A DNA stretch of 61,485 nucleotides from Octopus bimaculoides (Eukaryota): assembly GCF_001194135.2 (NCBI RefSeq), contig NC_068986.1:22348910-22410394 (forward strand), written 5' to 3'. Below, in pieces: positions 38,203-50,515 of the stretch (position 1 is its first letter; every line of letters starts with the position of its first letter). The position numbers and the translations under genes were made by a program. A model generated the notes under the pieces. That model saw only the letters and a list, made by a program, of their open reading frames with translations. It was not told where the DNA came from and made no database searches.

Positions 38203-39371
38203 CTAAAATGAAAATTATGGAAAGAAAAGAACAAGAAGTAAAATGAATTATTCTTAGATAACCAAAACAATTCAAAATATATAATAACAAAAGACAAATT
38301 ATCAACACAAAAAATGAGCAGAGGTATGAGTTATCAAAAAGGGCAATATACGGATTATATTTAATTGTTCAATCAACTGCCTGTGCCATCAATTAGATGT
38401 GACCAGAGCTGCATTTATAAGTTTTTCATTTCCTCTTCGGTAAAGGTAAGTTGGGTTAAATATTTTACCCATAAGCCTAATACAAGGCAATACAGTAGAG
38501 AAACTCATCTATATGCTATATAACTGACATGTAGTCCACACAAATGCTGAGGTTCACATGTGTATGTTCATTTTCTTGTTTAACATCTGCTTTTCCAAGC
38601 AAGCATGATGGAAACAGGAACTAACTTTGGGGCAAGAAACCACTCCAATATTCACCCTAAGTCTAGTTATGCTAACCAAAGTTTCAGTAATCTATTTAAT
38701 GGCAGCAGGGGAAGGTATGGGCCCTGCCAGATCGTATGGGGAGTGCTGGAAAAGGTTCACAAGCACAGGACTTGCCCAAGAGCAGACCACCATTAGATAG
38801 ACTACACTGAAATATAATGATAATAATGAACCTATTGCATACAGTGTTAGATGTACAACAACTCATCAGAAAAAAGTAGCCAAAAGTGCATGCAGAGTAC
38901 ATAGAATAATGCACAGGAAGTGAACAGTGAATGAGTTGTTTAAGAAAAAAGGGGGGAGGGGTACATCAGGTGTATTGTTGATGAATTTCAAGAAGTATGG
39001 AAGTTTTGAAGGATGTAATGTCCTGAAAGCCAACAACTAATGCAAGTAGTTTATTCTTTGTTTTAGAAATTCTGAACATTGAAAAAATGCTTCCGAAATT
39101 TACATAGGAATGTTTAATACATTTATGGAAAATCATTTTTTGTACTTAAATATTAAATACAAATCCAAGAAAGATTATTGTTTTCTGAAATGGGTCACAA
39201 TGGTAGACTTGGGAACCTCAGATATAACACAAGTTATACATACTTAAACTGAATTGATGGGACAAGAAATATATGATATGAATACATAGCAGTCATGTCA
39301 ATATAAAATAAATGCAGTAAATGAATGAATAAAACAACATGCAGAAAAGAGAAAAAAAAAATGGAAATTTA

Positions 39372-39509
<138 letters not shown>

Positions 39510-41451
39510 CTAGAAAGAGATAAAAGCATTAAGAGAAGCAATTTTAGTTATTTATATATTTGAGAACATAGAAAAAAAAAGTGGTGAAATAACAAACTAA
39601 ATGCTTTTATGTTCAGGGTTCAAATTCCACATGATTGACACTGCACTTACCAAACTTCCAGGAGCCATAATTTGTAAATTCTCTAAATTTGTAACCCCCA
39701 ATAAAAAAACAATATTATTTATTCAGGGAAGTGAAATATGGAACCTTGCTGTATCCTTATTCTGTTATTGTCCTCTCTTCTGTTGGGACTAGTCAGCATA
39801 TGCAATGTGTCCCTAGCGAAAGTACATAACTCTTTCTTGTTCCATCTACATGTTGCAAAAAGCCGACGAGAAACCGTCCGTGTGGTCATTCTATCTGCTA
39901 TAAATAACACTTAAATTTCCTTAAAAGCAGACACTGCTGTCTTAAAAAGAGAGTAAACATTGAATAATAGAGTTCCACATGCATTATGTCTGAACAAATA
40001 CAGTGGGATCATTACTTGTGCTGAACAGAGGCTAAATATCAACAATACATCACTATAACCAATATTAATTAAGGTACTGTACAAATAATGTGTCCTACAA
40101 GCAGAGGTTGAACTTTTCTCATGAGATTAATAACAAAAAATAAGATGGATATTGTAAAATCATCATCATCACTGCCACCATCGATGTCATCAACTTTTCT
40201 GTGCTTGTATTGGTCAAACGAAATTTGTTGAGTCGGACGCTCTTCTCATCACCAAGCCTCACCTTTTTCTGAACACGGTAATATTTTCTCCCAGTCAAAA
40301 CATGCTTTCATGGAAGTGAAATGATAGTGTTTGTGTGATGATAATGTTTGCTTACAATTAGCACATGATGATGTCAAGACAAGGAAACAAACATATACAC
40401 ATGACTCATCATCATTTAACGTCTGTTGTCCATGCTGGCATGGGTTGGATGGCGTGACCAGAAATAACAAACTGAGGTGGGGTGGGGGGCACCAGACTCC
40501 AGTCTGATTTGGCATGATTTTTATAACTGGATGCTCCTCTTAATACCAACCACTTTATAGAGTGTGCTGGACTTTTCCACGTGTGCATGGGTCAGATGAG
40601 ACTTTGTTGAGGTAGAATTTTCTGCAACAGGATGCTCTTCCTGACGCCAACCCTCATTTGTTTTCTCCCAATCTTTCAAACAACAAACAGCCATAACATG
40701 CTTCTGCAGAGGATTGCAAACAAATGACACTGTTGTTATATGCAATGACACTTTTATTTACACTCAGTGTGCACAACACAAGGGGAATACACACTCTATC
40801 ATGAATACACAGAAGTATATACACACATCATCACCACCATCACCTTTTTAATGCCCACTCACATAGATAAGAATTTCTTGAGACATATTTTCAATGGTCA
40901 GATACTTGTTGCCAATCCACACCTGTTTCCAGGTAGCATGATATTTTGCATGCACACAGACAGAGATAGATAGATAGATAGATAGATAGATACACATATA
41001 CAACAAATGTTTTCCAGTTTCTGTCTATCAAATTTCACTCTCATGGCATTGGTCAACTTGTAGCTATAATAGAGAACATCAGTTGACAGTATTCACACAG
41101 TGGGATTGAAACCCCTAACCATGTGGTTCTGAAGGAAACTTCTTAACCACATAACCATACCTGCACATACATAAGTAAAATGAAATTCTTTCTTATTTCA
41201 TATTTTCCTTTTTTTTTTTTTGCTAGTTTCCGTGAAACAAATTCACTCACAGGGTTTTGATTGGTTTGGGGGTGATAGTAAAAGACATTTGGTCAAGGTA
41301 CCATGCAGTTAAACTGAAACTGAAACCACAAGTTTGTGAAGTGAATTTCTTAGACAAAAATCAGTTGCATAAGTTTTAATACTTAATTTGAGAACAATTA
41401 ACCACGCAGTCAATTAATTAAAACAAAAGTATGAGAGAAACTGTGGGTTAC

Positions 41452-41550
41452 CTGATGGGAACTTCTGGGTGGTGGTGAGTTAGGAGCAGTGACTTTGAGC
41501 CACTCATTCTTTTTGGTGTTATAAAAGAACAAGTCATTGTACATAAACAT
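41452..41550 (-). CDS. KLHDC4: KLHDC4 exon 4 (MFMYNDLFFYNTKKNEWLKVTAPNSPPPRSSHQ)
   Basis: tacag acceptor, GTAACC donor; 99 nt; matches LYNELYVYN...W...PPPRRCAHQ. Confidence 0.95.
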
Positions 41551-42269
41551 CTGTAATAATGGTGGAAAAGGTTAAAGGTTTCAGTCAGCAAAAAAAAAAA
41601 AAATGAAATAAAAAAGTAAAATGAAAAACTCAACATTAAAGCAGTTAAAGACAAAAAACAAACAAACCTAAAATAAACCCTTTTGCTATACCCTATTGAG
41701 ACCTCCTCTCAGTTCTATAATAGAAATTTCCTGTTCTAAAGTGGTCTATCAATATATTAAAACCTTCCAACAAATTTCATGTTTATTTATGTTCCAAATA
41801 CCAGAGAGTTATTTTTCCAAAATTCTTTATTGTTTTCAAAAATTGAAACAAAGGCAGTCTATATTTCAATAGAAATATAGTAAGAAATGGGTTAAATATG
41901 TTTAAATGTTTGAGCGGGATTATTAATATTATTATTTTTCACACTATTACTATGCATGTCCTGCAGGGTATCTCTGTGTGCGACATAAAGCAACTAAAAG
42001 GGCTGGCATCAGTTGTAAAATACTGCCTAAAAAAAGTCCCATCCAAACCATGCGAGCATGGAAAATCAGACATAAAAACGATTATGATTATTCTTCCGAT
42101 TATAATCTTATTTTTAGCAATAGAACATTTTTTTTTTCGATATTTACATTTACACTGTATTATGTTGTAAATATTTCTAATAGTGCCTGAGGTCTCTACC
42201 CCCCCCCCCCCNNNNNNNNNNNNNNNNNNNNNNNNNNNNNNNNNNNNNNNNNNNNNNNNNNNNNNNNNC

Positions 42270-42955
42270 CCCCCCAACAGTGGTCAGAGAAGATGGATGG
42301 AGGAGATCTTTGATATAGTTGATCTGAAGAAGTGTCATAACCTAACAGTGGAGGGAACCTGTGGAAGAGGTAGACGTAGGAAAACATGGGATCAGGTGGT
42401 GAAGCACAACCTTTGAACGTTGGGCCTCACAGAGGCAATGACAAGTGACCGAGACCTTTGGAGATATGCTGTGCTTGATAAGACCCAGCAAGCCAAGTGA
42501 GATTGTAGTTGTGGTCGATGCCAGTGTTGTATAACTGGTCCGTTTAAAAGTACCCTTCAATCGTTGGGCAATATGCTGTGCTTGAGAAGACTTTTTGAGT
42601 CATGTGAAACCGTAGTTTTGACTGTTGCTAGTGCCACCTGATTGGTACCCATGCTGGTGGCATATAAAAAATCACCATTTGAGCGTGGTCGATGCCAGAG
42701 CCAGTGGCATGTAAAAAGCACCATTCGAGCTTGGTCAATGCCAGTGCCACCTGACTGGCCCCCGTGCCGGTGGCATGTAAAAAGCACCCACTATACTCTT
42801 GGAGTGGTCAGCATTAGGATGGGCATCCAACTGTAGAAACCTTGCCAGACCAGATTAGAGCCTGGTGCAGCCTCCTGGCTTACCAGTCCTCAGTCAACCA
42901 TCCAAACCCATGCTAGCATGGAAAGTGGACGTTAAACGATGATGATGATGATGAA
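42270..42955 (+). mobile_element. RTE LINE 3' end: ORF2 C-terminus joined to the 3' UTR and tail
   Basis: EGTCGRGRRRKTWDQVVKHNL*TLGLTEAMTSDRDLWRYAV (RTE GRPRK.W motif) runs into the subrepeat/tail family. This shows the frequent (GAT)n-tailed repeat is a LINE 3' end. Confidence 0.88.
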
Positions 42956-43752
42956 GTGGATTAGTTTTTATTTATTTCCTGTTACTTATACTGAGCAGAT
43001 TGAGTGTTTGGAATAGGTACATCATATTCCTGCATGTTGTAAGAATCAATTAAAATGGTTGGCATCAAGAAAGGTATGAGTCATAAAAAAAAATGTCTCA
43101 AAAAATTCTTTTCAACATGTGGATGGAAGCTGAGGTGGTGATTTTAATTGATATTTATGCTCTGAGGTGAAATCCAGCTGAGGTTAGTTTTGCTTTTTAT
43201 CGTTCTGGGGTGGAAATGTTAAAAATCAGTTATACAGTGCTTTCGCTATTTACAACAGTGAGCCATACCTATTCACTGAACCTACTACACCCAATAGAGT
43301 GAATTGGGTGAAAGAGTGTTGTCTTCTTAGCTAAGGATAGAGAGTAGCATTCATGACAAGGTTTGTAACATATCTGTGACAATACAAGGAGTATCAACCC
43401 TCCTGTATACAGAAAACAGTATCAAAAGGCTGCTTTTGATTTTTGTCCATATGAAGGAAATTGTTAGACAGAGAAGTTCATGCTGGTCTGGATACATGTA
43501 ATGCACAAGCAAGTTTTGATGAACAACGAACAATTGAATTCAGTTTTCAGCTGACAGAAACATTTACACACAGAAATATTAATCTGAAGGCAGAAGTAAC
43601 AAAAACAAAATAAACTACTGAAAATAACTGATCTAAATATATATATATGTTTCTGAAACGTAATTCTGTATTTTTGGTTTTAATGAATCTATTTTCATTT
43701 ATCAGAGGAAATACAAAATTCAGAATTAACAGTTTCATAATTTGATACTCAC

Positions 43753-43831
43753 TTGCTTTCCATTATAATATTCACCTCCAAATAAAACCAATTCTTCTTT
43801 ATCTGGATGTGCAGTGAATGTGGCATTACAT
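43753..43831 (-). CDS. KLHDC4: KLHDC4 exon 3 (CNATFTAHPDKEELVLFGGEYYNGKQ)
   Basis: tttcag acceptor, GTGAGT donor; 79 nt; phase fits exon 2; kelch GG motif like human HPEKDELILFGGEYFNG. Confidence 0.95.
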
Positions 43832-44621
43832 CTGAAACAAAAGAAATATAATGTTTGTGTATCAAAGTGTGAATGTTTGTTCATTTTTACATCCTTTTTT
43901 TCCCATGCTAGCATGGGTTAGATAAATGTTATTGTGGTAAACTTTTACAACCAGATGCCCTTCCTGTTGCTAACTCTCATTTATTTTTCAAGTAATGGAT
44001 TGCATATTCCATGCAGCTTTGAAGACAGGAGACAAGCAGGCGATCTGTTTTACATCTACTTTTCTATATCGGTGTAACTAGAATGGTTCTGTATTTGTTA
44101 CCTCCCAACCCCATGGTATTGAGTTAAGTTCTACTGTGTAGCATCTTCTACTGTAGTCATGGATGAACCAAAGTCTTGTGAATGAATTTGGTAGAAGTAA
44201 ACAGAAAGAAGCCTATTATATATATTTATATATGTATGTATATCTGTGTTTATACGAGTGAGTTCATATTTCCTCATGTCTTCACATACGTTCACTGGTT
44301 GTGAGCAGTGGCCTTGCTGTTCATGTTGATGGTATCATTTGCTTCCAGCCTACCATGAAAGCACAACTGGACTTCTTGATGTCTTGTTTACAAAGATTGC
44401 ACAACATATCAAAAGGTTCATTCATTTGATGTCATTCATTTCTAGTTCTCCATGTAAACATGTCCATGCTGTTTATTATTTGATAGATGGGAGATTATTA
44501 CTTCACTTGAAAACAGGTGACAGTTGGAATCAGGAAAGGCATCCATCTGTAGAAAACTCTGGCCCATGCTAGTATGAAAAAGCAGATGTTAAAACAATGA
44601 TGAAGTTGATGTAATTATTAC

Positions 44622-44713
44622 CTTTGGGATGGAGGATCACATTTTTCTTCAATTACCTTATTTTTCTCACGGTCTTTTTCTTGAAATTCAGCAATTAATT
44701 TTTCTATATCTTC
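44622..44713 (-). CDS. KLHDC4: KLHDC4 exon 2 (EDIEKLIAEFQEKDREKNKVIEEKCDPPSQ+R)
   Basis: ttttag acceptor, GTAATA donor; 92 nt; similar to human EDLEALIAHFQ...CPPPSPR. Confidence 0.93.
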
Positions 44714-45090
44714 CTAAAAATAAAAACAAAAAACAAAAATGATTTTTGAAAATTAATGTTTCATAGATGAGATGACAAAATATAGATAAATGGAAATATA
44801 CTGCACTGAAGCTTGCAATAGATTCAAACTTAATGTATTTACACCTGTATAATGCAGGAAATTAAAGCAGGATAGCAGGTTCAAGATTAAAGGAGTACAT
44901 TATAGTTGAGTGTAAAAAAATAAATTATAAAAAGCTAAAATATATTTCTGATCTTTAGGGATAGAAACTAGAGTGGGAGAATCATATCATATGTGAGATG
45001 ACACCAAATTCAAGCAAATAGTTTCACATTTGACTAGCTTGTAGTCATCATTGTTTTATATTCATTTTCCATGCTGGCATGGGTTGGGGC

Positions 45091-45145
45091 CAGGGCTGGA
45101 TTAAGACCCATCGTGGCCTTTAGCACTTAAGCAATTTTGGTGTCC

Positions 45146-45191
<46 letters not shown>

Positions 45192-45497
45192 AATTCAAAA
45201 TATGAAGACTAATAAAGTATAAAATAAATTTTTATTTTTCAAAATGAAACAAAACAAACAGTAAGATGGAAAATAATATTTATTTTTGTATACTTCCACT
45301 TTATTTATTTGCAAAGTCTTTGATCAGATCCTCACCATCAACACTTCAAAATTATATTTCTGATCATATAAATCACTTCAAATATTTTTAAAAGTTTAAA
45401 GTGATTTCCTTTGCGCCATAACAATTCCTGTGCTGCCCCCACTTCTTTTGATGTCCAAAGAGCGTGCTTGTTTCGCTTAATGGTTAATCCAGCACTG
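45091..45497. mobile_element. hAT-type MITE
   Basis: TIRs CAGGGCTGGATTAA / TTAATCCAGCACTG (13/14); 8-bp TSD GTTGGGGC / GTTGGGGG; inserted into an RTE-tail fragment. Confidence 0.8.
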
Positions 45498-46639
45498 GTT
45501 GGGGGTGAGATGGTGGTGGTTTGTTAGTGTTAATTCTTATTCTATATGGGTTGGAGGACTACATCTCACTGATATATTTCAATTTTGGATTACTTTCTAT
45601 TATTGGAAACCTTTTAAAACACTAACCATTTTCTGGAAAACTGGATGCATTTTATTACAGCACCAACCCTAGAGAAGTTGTAATATCCTCAACAAGACAA
45701 AAATCATATGCTTTATTCTCTTGGAAGTTATAGAAAATTAGAGAGAACTTATCTTAATTATATTCAACATATACATCTAAAATTTTGGAGCATGCTTTTC
45801 CAAAAACCAAAATCTTTATTGAAAGATAAAATATGCGCATACATAATTGTGGAAAAGTAAAATAAATTTTTAACATTCCTACGATTTTATCAAATGTTGA
45901 ATTTTGGATTCTTTTAAAAAAAAAATCTGTGCACATGCACTTTATAATATAATCTCATTGCCATCATCATTATTATTATAAAGGGAAATCTACTTAAAAA
46001 AAGGCTGTTTTGATAGGTGTAAGACGTGTATGTGTGCGTGTCAGCGCCCACTAAGCTATTTAATAAAAGGGAGGTAACTACTACAACAACAACAAAAGTT
46101 AACCTTATCCCTTCCTTATAAACAGTAGAATATTTGGTGACATCATTTTCAAACTGATTTCAAATTGCTGCTAAGGATCGACTTTAACTTCCATCCTTCT
46201 GAAGTCGGTTAAATAGGTACCCATCAAGTATTTGGGTTGATTAAATCAATTGATTCCACCTCCAAAAGTTTGGCCTTGTATCAAAGCTGGACGTTTTACT
46301 TCTATCATTTTGAAGTAGAACTATATACCAGTCAAGTAGTGGAATCAACATAATCAAATACATCTCCTCCCCACAATGTGCTGTGTTATTGCCAAAGTTA
46401 GAAATTATTATTGAAAACAGTCAAAGCAACAAATCACTATTTTAAATCATAATTGTTTATCATTGTTCTTTATAATTTTAAGATCAACCTGTCAATAAGT
46501 AGGTTGATGCAGTCATTATTTCATTGGATTTCAGTGATAAAAATTACAGACGTTTTAGCTGTAAGTCAGCTCTGATTAAACAGATTTATAATCAAAAAGT
46601 TTCAAACATGACAACCCCATCATATTTTCAGATTCATTC

Positions 46640-47070
46640 ATCCTTGCATGATGAATGAAGGCCTCAGCATTTTTTCTCTACCAATTACAGTCTGATGTTT
46701 TCTTCATCCATGTTTGGGTGCCAAAGAATTCAACAAAGTCTTCATTCCAACTTCTGCATGGGCTTTCCCCTCATTCTTTATCCTGGATGTCATGTCCACT
46801 CAGTCAATTTGCTATTCCATCTATTACCCTTTCTTCTAAATACATGACCCAACGAAAGACCATTTCAGAATTTTTATTTTCCAGATATCCATTAAACCTT
46901 TTGCCACTCTTATCCACTTACCTATTTTGTTAATTTTCAGCATTCTCCTTACCATGGCTCTTTGTATTGATCTTAATTTATTTTCAGTGTTCTTGTTGGT
47001 AGCCCACATTTCTGATACATATGTATTTTCAAATAGTGTCTCCAAATTTACATTATTCAATGTGTTTTTA
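46640..47070 (-). mobile_element. Degenerate RTE-type LINE ORF2 C-terminal fragment
   Basis: YVSEMWATNKNTENKLRSIQRAMVRRMLKI...KILKWSFVG (cf. YGSETW...QRAMERRML...KW.WAGH). Confidence 0.75.
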
Positions 47071-49274
47071 CTTTTAAAATGGATGGGCACATTAGATAGT
47101 CACATACATACAAATATATCAAGGTTACAGCCTTCATTAAGATCCATATATATGTATGCACTTGTGTATGTGTGTGGGCATGTGCATGTCGGTGTCTCCT
47201 TGTTTTGACATCACATGATAGTTGTAAATGAGTCTCACTATCATACAAATGGTGTCATGCTTCCAATCTTGTGAGAAAATATTATTATCTTGTTTGGAAG
47301 CAGAAGGTTGGTGACAGGAAGAGCATTTGACCATGGTAAATCTGTCTCAACAAATTCCATCTGACCCATACAAATATGGAAAAGTGGATGATAAAATGAT
47401 GACGATATGACTGAGCATTGTTTGAAGGGATTTTGTTGACTGCTATTTCTAACAGGTTGTGTGACCATATACAGGTTTCCTCATTGGCTTGTGAAAAACG
47501 AAGTTGAACTGTGAACCTTAGAAGGTGAGGTTATATGCAAAGGAGCCCTGCAGAACCTATTTGATGTATTGTTGATTAGGAGGTAACTTTAGCAGTAAAT
47601 ATAAGGTATTTGATTGAGGCTGCAGATGTCATATAAATGCAGCAAATGTCATATAAATGATGAGGACAGAATTACTTATAATACAGTAAGTAAGAATAAT
47701 ATTCTAAAATCCGTATGATGTATCAATCATCACTGATTTTTCTTGGAAATAATTTTATAAATGCAACTAGAGTATAACAAGGCATACACATTCATTCACT
47801 ATCAGCCATGCTTTTTTTTTCAAAACAACCAAACTCAATATAAATCTAATAAGGCAAAATGGATTTCATGATAATCAGACATATTGATTTAAGCTGAAAT
47901 TAAATCATCATCATCATTTTAACATCTAATTTTCCATGCTTGCATGGGTTATACGGAATTTATGGTTTTACATTTTCTATGGCTGGATGCCCTACCCGTT
48001 ACCAATCCTCACCAGTTTCCAAGTAAAGTAATTTCCCCCCAAAGTTGGACGCATTTTCATAGAAGATTGGAAACAAATGACACTGATTGTATGATGGTGT
48101 CATTCACTTTACAACTATTGCACAATGTCAAGACAAGGCCACACAATTTGAAGCATTAAACTCAAGATTATATTTTTTCAACTCCAGGAATAAATGAAAT
48201 AGGTACTAGTAATGTGCTGTTGTTGAATCAGCAGATTATAGTCTACCTATATATGAAAAAAAGCCTTGTACCTGGTGGAACATAGTTTTCTTGTTTAAAT
48301 CCGAAACAAATTCATGAGATGAAAGGCTACCTATTAAATCAATATTTACAAAAAAAAAAAAAAAAAAAANNNNNNNNNNAAAAAAAAAAAAAAAAAAAAA
48401 CCCAGACTATCTCTCAATCTTAGAAAAAAAAAGTCTAACCCCACTCTTAAAACTGTAAAAACAAAAACTTGAACGGTTTTTCGAGAGAAAAATATGAATA
48501 AAGATAAATGACAATTTGTTCTCGCCCCTGCAGTTCCGAAATTAGGTTGATATCTGTTATGGAAAGAACAGAAAATATAATCGACTGATGTGACACATAA
48601 TATTACAGGTACTTATTTTGTCGATCCTAAGAGTTAACAGCAGTGAAGATCGTGATTTTATATCAACATCACATTGAGAGTAATTTAAGTATTCATATTT
48701 GAACAAATACTTAAATAATTGGAGAAGACTAGTGATGATCAATGTTGGCAGGATCAACCAGATAAGCAAGCTGAAGCATATTGATGTAACATTAGAAGTA
48801 AAATCTAAACGTTTGTTGAAAAGACAATTTTTAGCACCTCATATCAACACGTACTTTACACACTTAAGATATATAACAATTGGAAGATCTCATTCGGAAG
48901 TGGAAATCACGAAACTTTTAACATTCTTGAACAGCTTTAGTCTTTGTAGGTCCCGAAGTGGCTTATTAGGCCAATATTGGCATAAAATCTACGGTTACAG
49001 TAGGGACAAATAACAGCGGAATATATGAAACACGAGTAAGAGTAAAGAAGCTATGCCGCTGTGAGGTTGATGACGTTTATTAAATAAATTGGCATTAATG
49101 TCACAACTTCGCACATTTTTTCTTTTTGAAACGGGCAATTAACATCGCAGATTCCCATATATTTTCCCTACCTGAGTAAGGCAATTAACAACACAGCTTC
49201 CCGTATATTTTTCCCTATATGAAGCATGCATTTCTCTTTACACGTGATTTAGTAACAACAAAACAGACACTCAC

Positions 49275-49388
49275 TTCTCCTTTAGCAGCCAATTCTTTTT
49301 TCAAACGCTTTTCAGCTTTTTTCTCTGTTTTCATCGTTGTTTTTTCCTTTCCTTTCCCTTTCGAATCTTTCTTGTTTTTCTTACCCAT
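49275..49388 (-). CDS. KLHDC4: KLHDC4 coding exon 1 (MGKKNKKDSKGKGKEKTTMKTEKKAEKRLKKELAAKGE)
   Basis: ATG in ACCATGG context at 49388; 114 nt, phase 0; donor GTGAGT. The Lys-rich N-terminus matches human KLHDC4 MGKKGKKEKKG...KTAAKMEKK as I recall it. Confidence 0.93.
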
Positions 49389-49680
49389 GGTCTTTAACTG
49401 AAGTTCGAAACGTACACGACAACTCAAAGACTAATACTACCGGTGAAAGATTTATTTATGTATTCTTAGAAAAAGATTTCCGCTTGAACATATTTAGCAG
49501 CGTTGAGATAGATAACCAGTGTGTTGGTTAAACTAAATAAACTAAACCATTTTCGGTAGTTTCATTTCTTAGTGACATTTTGATTTAAAAACTATCCATA
49601 GTCCATGAATAAGAGAGCGGCTTACTAATTTCGAACCGTCAAAGAATTAATGTATAATTCAACTAACAGCCTTAAAGTTG

Positions 49681-49713
<33 letters not shown>

Positions 49714-50200
49714 GGAGTAAGCACATGAAATGTGCAACAAGGTGGAAAAAAAGAGTACTCAAATACCAGAGGTAGAGTAATATGCCTTATTTAAAAGCAG
49801 CAGAAATATAACANNNNNNNNNNNNNNNNNNNNNNNNNNNNNNNNNNNNNNNNNNNNNNNNNNAAAAAAAAACCGTTACTCTGAGTTTCGGGAACGTGAA
49901 ACTCAGAGTAACGGTTTTTTGGTTATATTTCTGCTGCTTTTAAATAAAGTATATATATATATATATATATAGTTTTATTTTTTAATAAAAATGTATTTGA
50001 TGTTTTTTTATTATAATTCAAATAATTAAACACGCGCCTATGGATATATGTGAAACGGGAAAAGGGTGGAGGAAAACGAGAGAGAGGATGTAATGTAGAG
50101 AGTAGAGAGGGAGGGGGAAAAAGGAAGAGTGAGAGTTCCGATCTCAGCTGTAGTCTACGTAGTAAACAGTAACATATGGATCCAGCCGTCTTCCTGTAGA
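49389..50200. promoter_or_regulatory. Putative promoter region of KLHDC4, possibly bidirectional
   Basis: Immediately upstream of the KLHDC4 ATG; by eye, 48470-50200 is richer in CpG and poorer in SINEs than the rest of the window. No TSS can be located from sequence. Confidence 0.5.
49787..49947. repeat. Palindrome straddling a 50-N gap
   Basis: Perfect 23-bp arms 49867-49889 / 49898-49920 with loop GGGAACGT; outer perfect 26-bp arms 49787-49812 / 49922-49947. Confidence 0.85.
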
Positions 50201-50493
50201 CAGGTGCTTTTGAATGTCCTTTGCTCCCTGCTGGAAATTATTCAACAGAATCTTTTACTATCACTTTCTCGCGCTCTCTCTCTCTATTTATTTATATTCA
50301 TCCATTTATCTTTGTGTCTTTCTCTAATTTTCCTATACAATAACCTGACTTATTTAGAAGTCAAGAGATTTACAGATACGATGTCTGCTATGACATCTTA
50401 TTAACGAAGCATCGTAACCTTTTTTTTTCTCTTCTTCCTCTCTTCTGTCTTTATTTTCGGATTTAACAGCTAACAGAACGAAGAAGACATAAA

Positions 50494-50515
50494 ATGGATG
50501 ACAGAACTACTCATG
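50494..50515 (+). CDS. Candidate first coding exon of an unidentified divergent gene (MDDRTTH+G)
   Basis: Long pyrimidine tract 50420-50460, then AACAG acceptor (50469, alternative 50476), AAAATGG start at 50494 and CATG|GTAATT donor at 50516. No downstream exon found. Confidence 0.3.
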
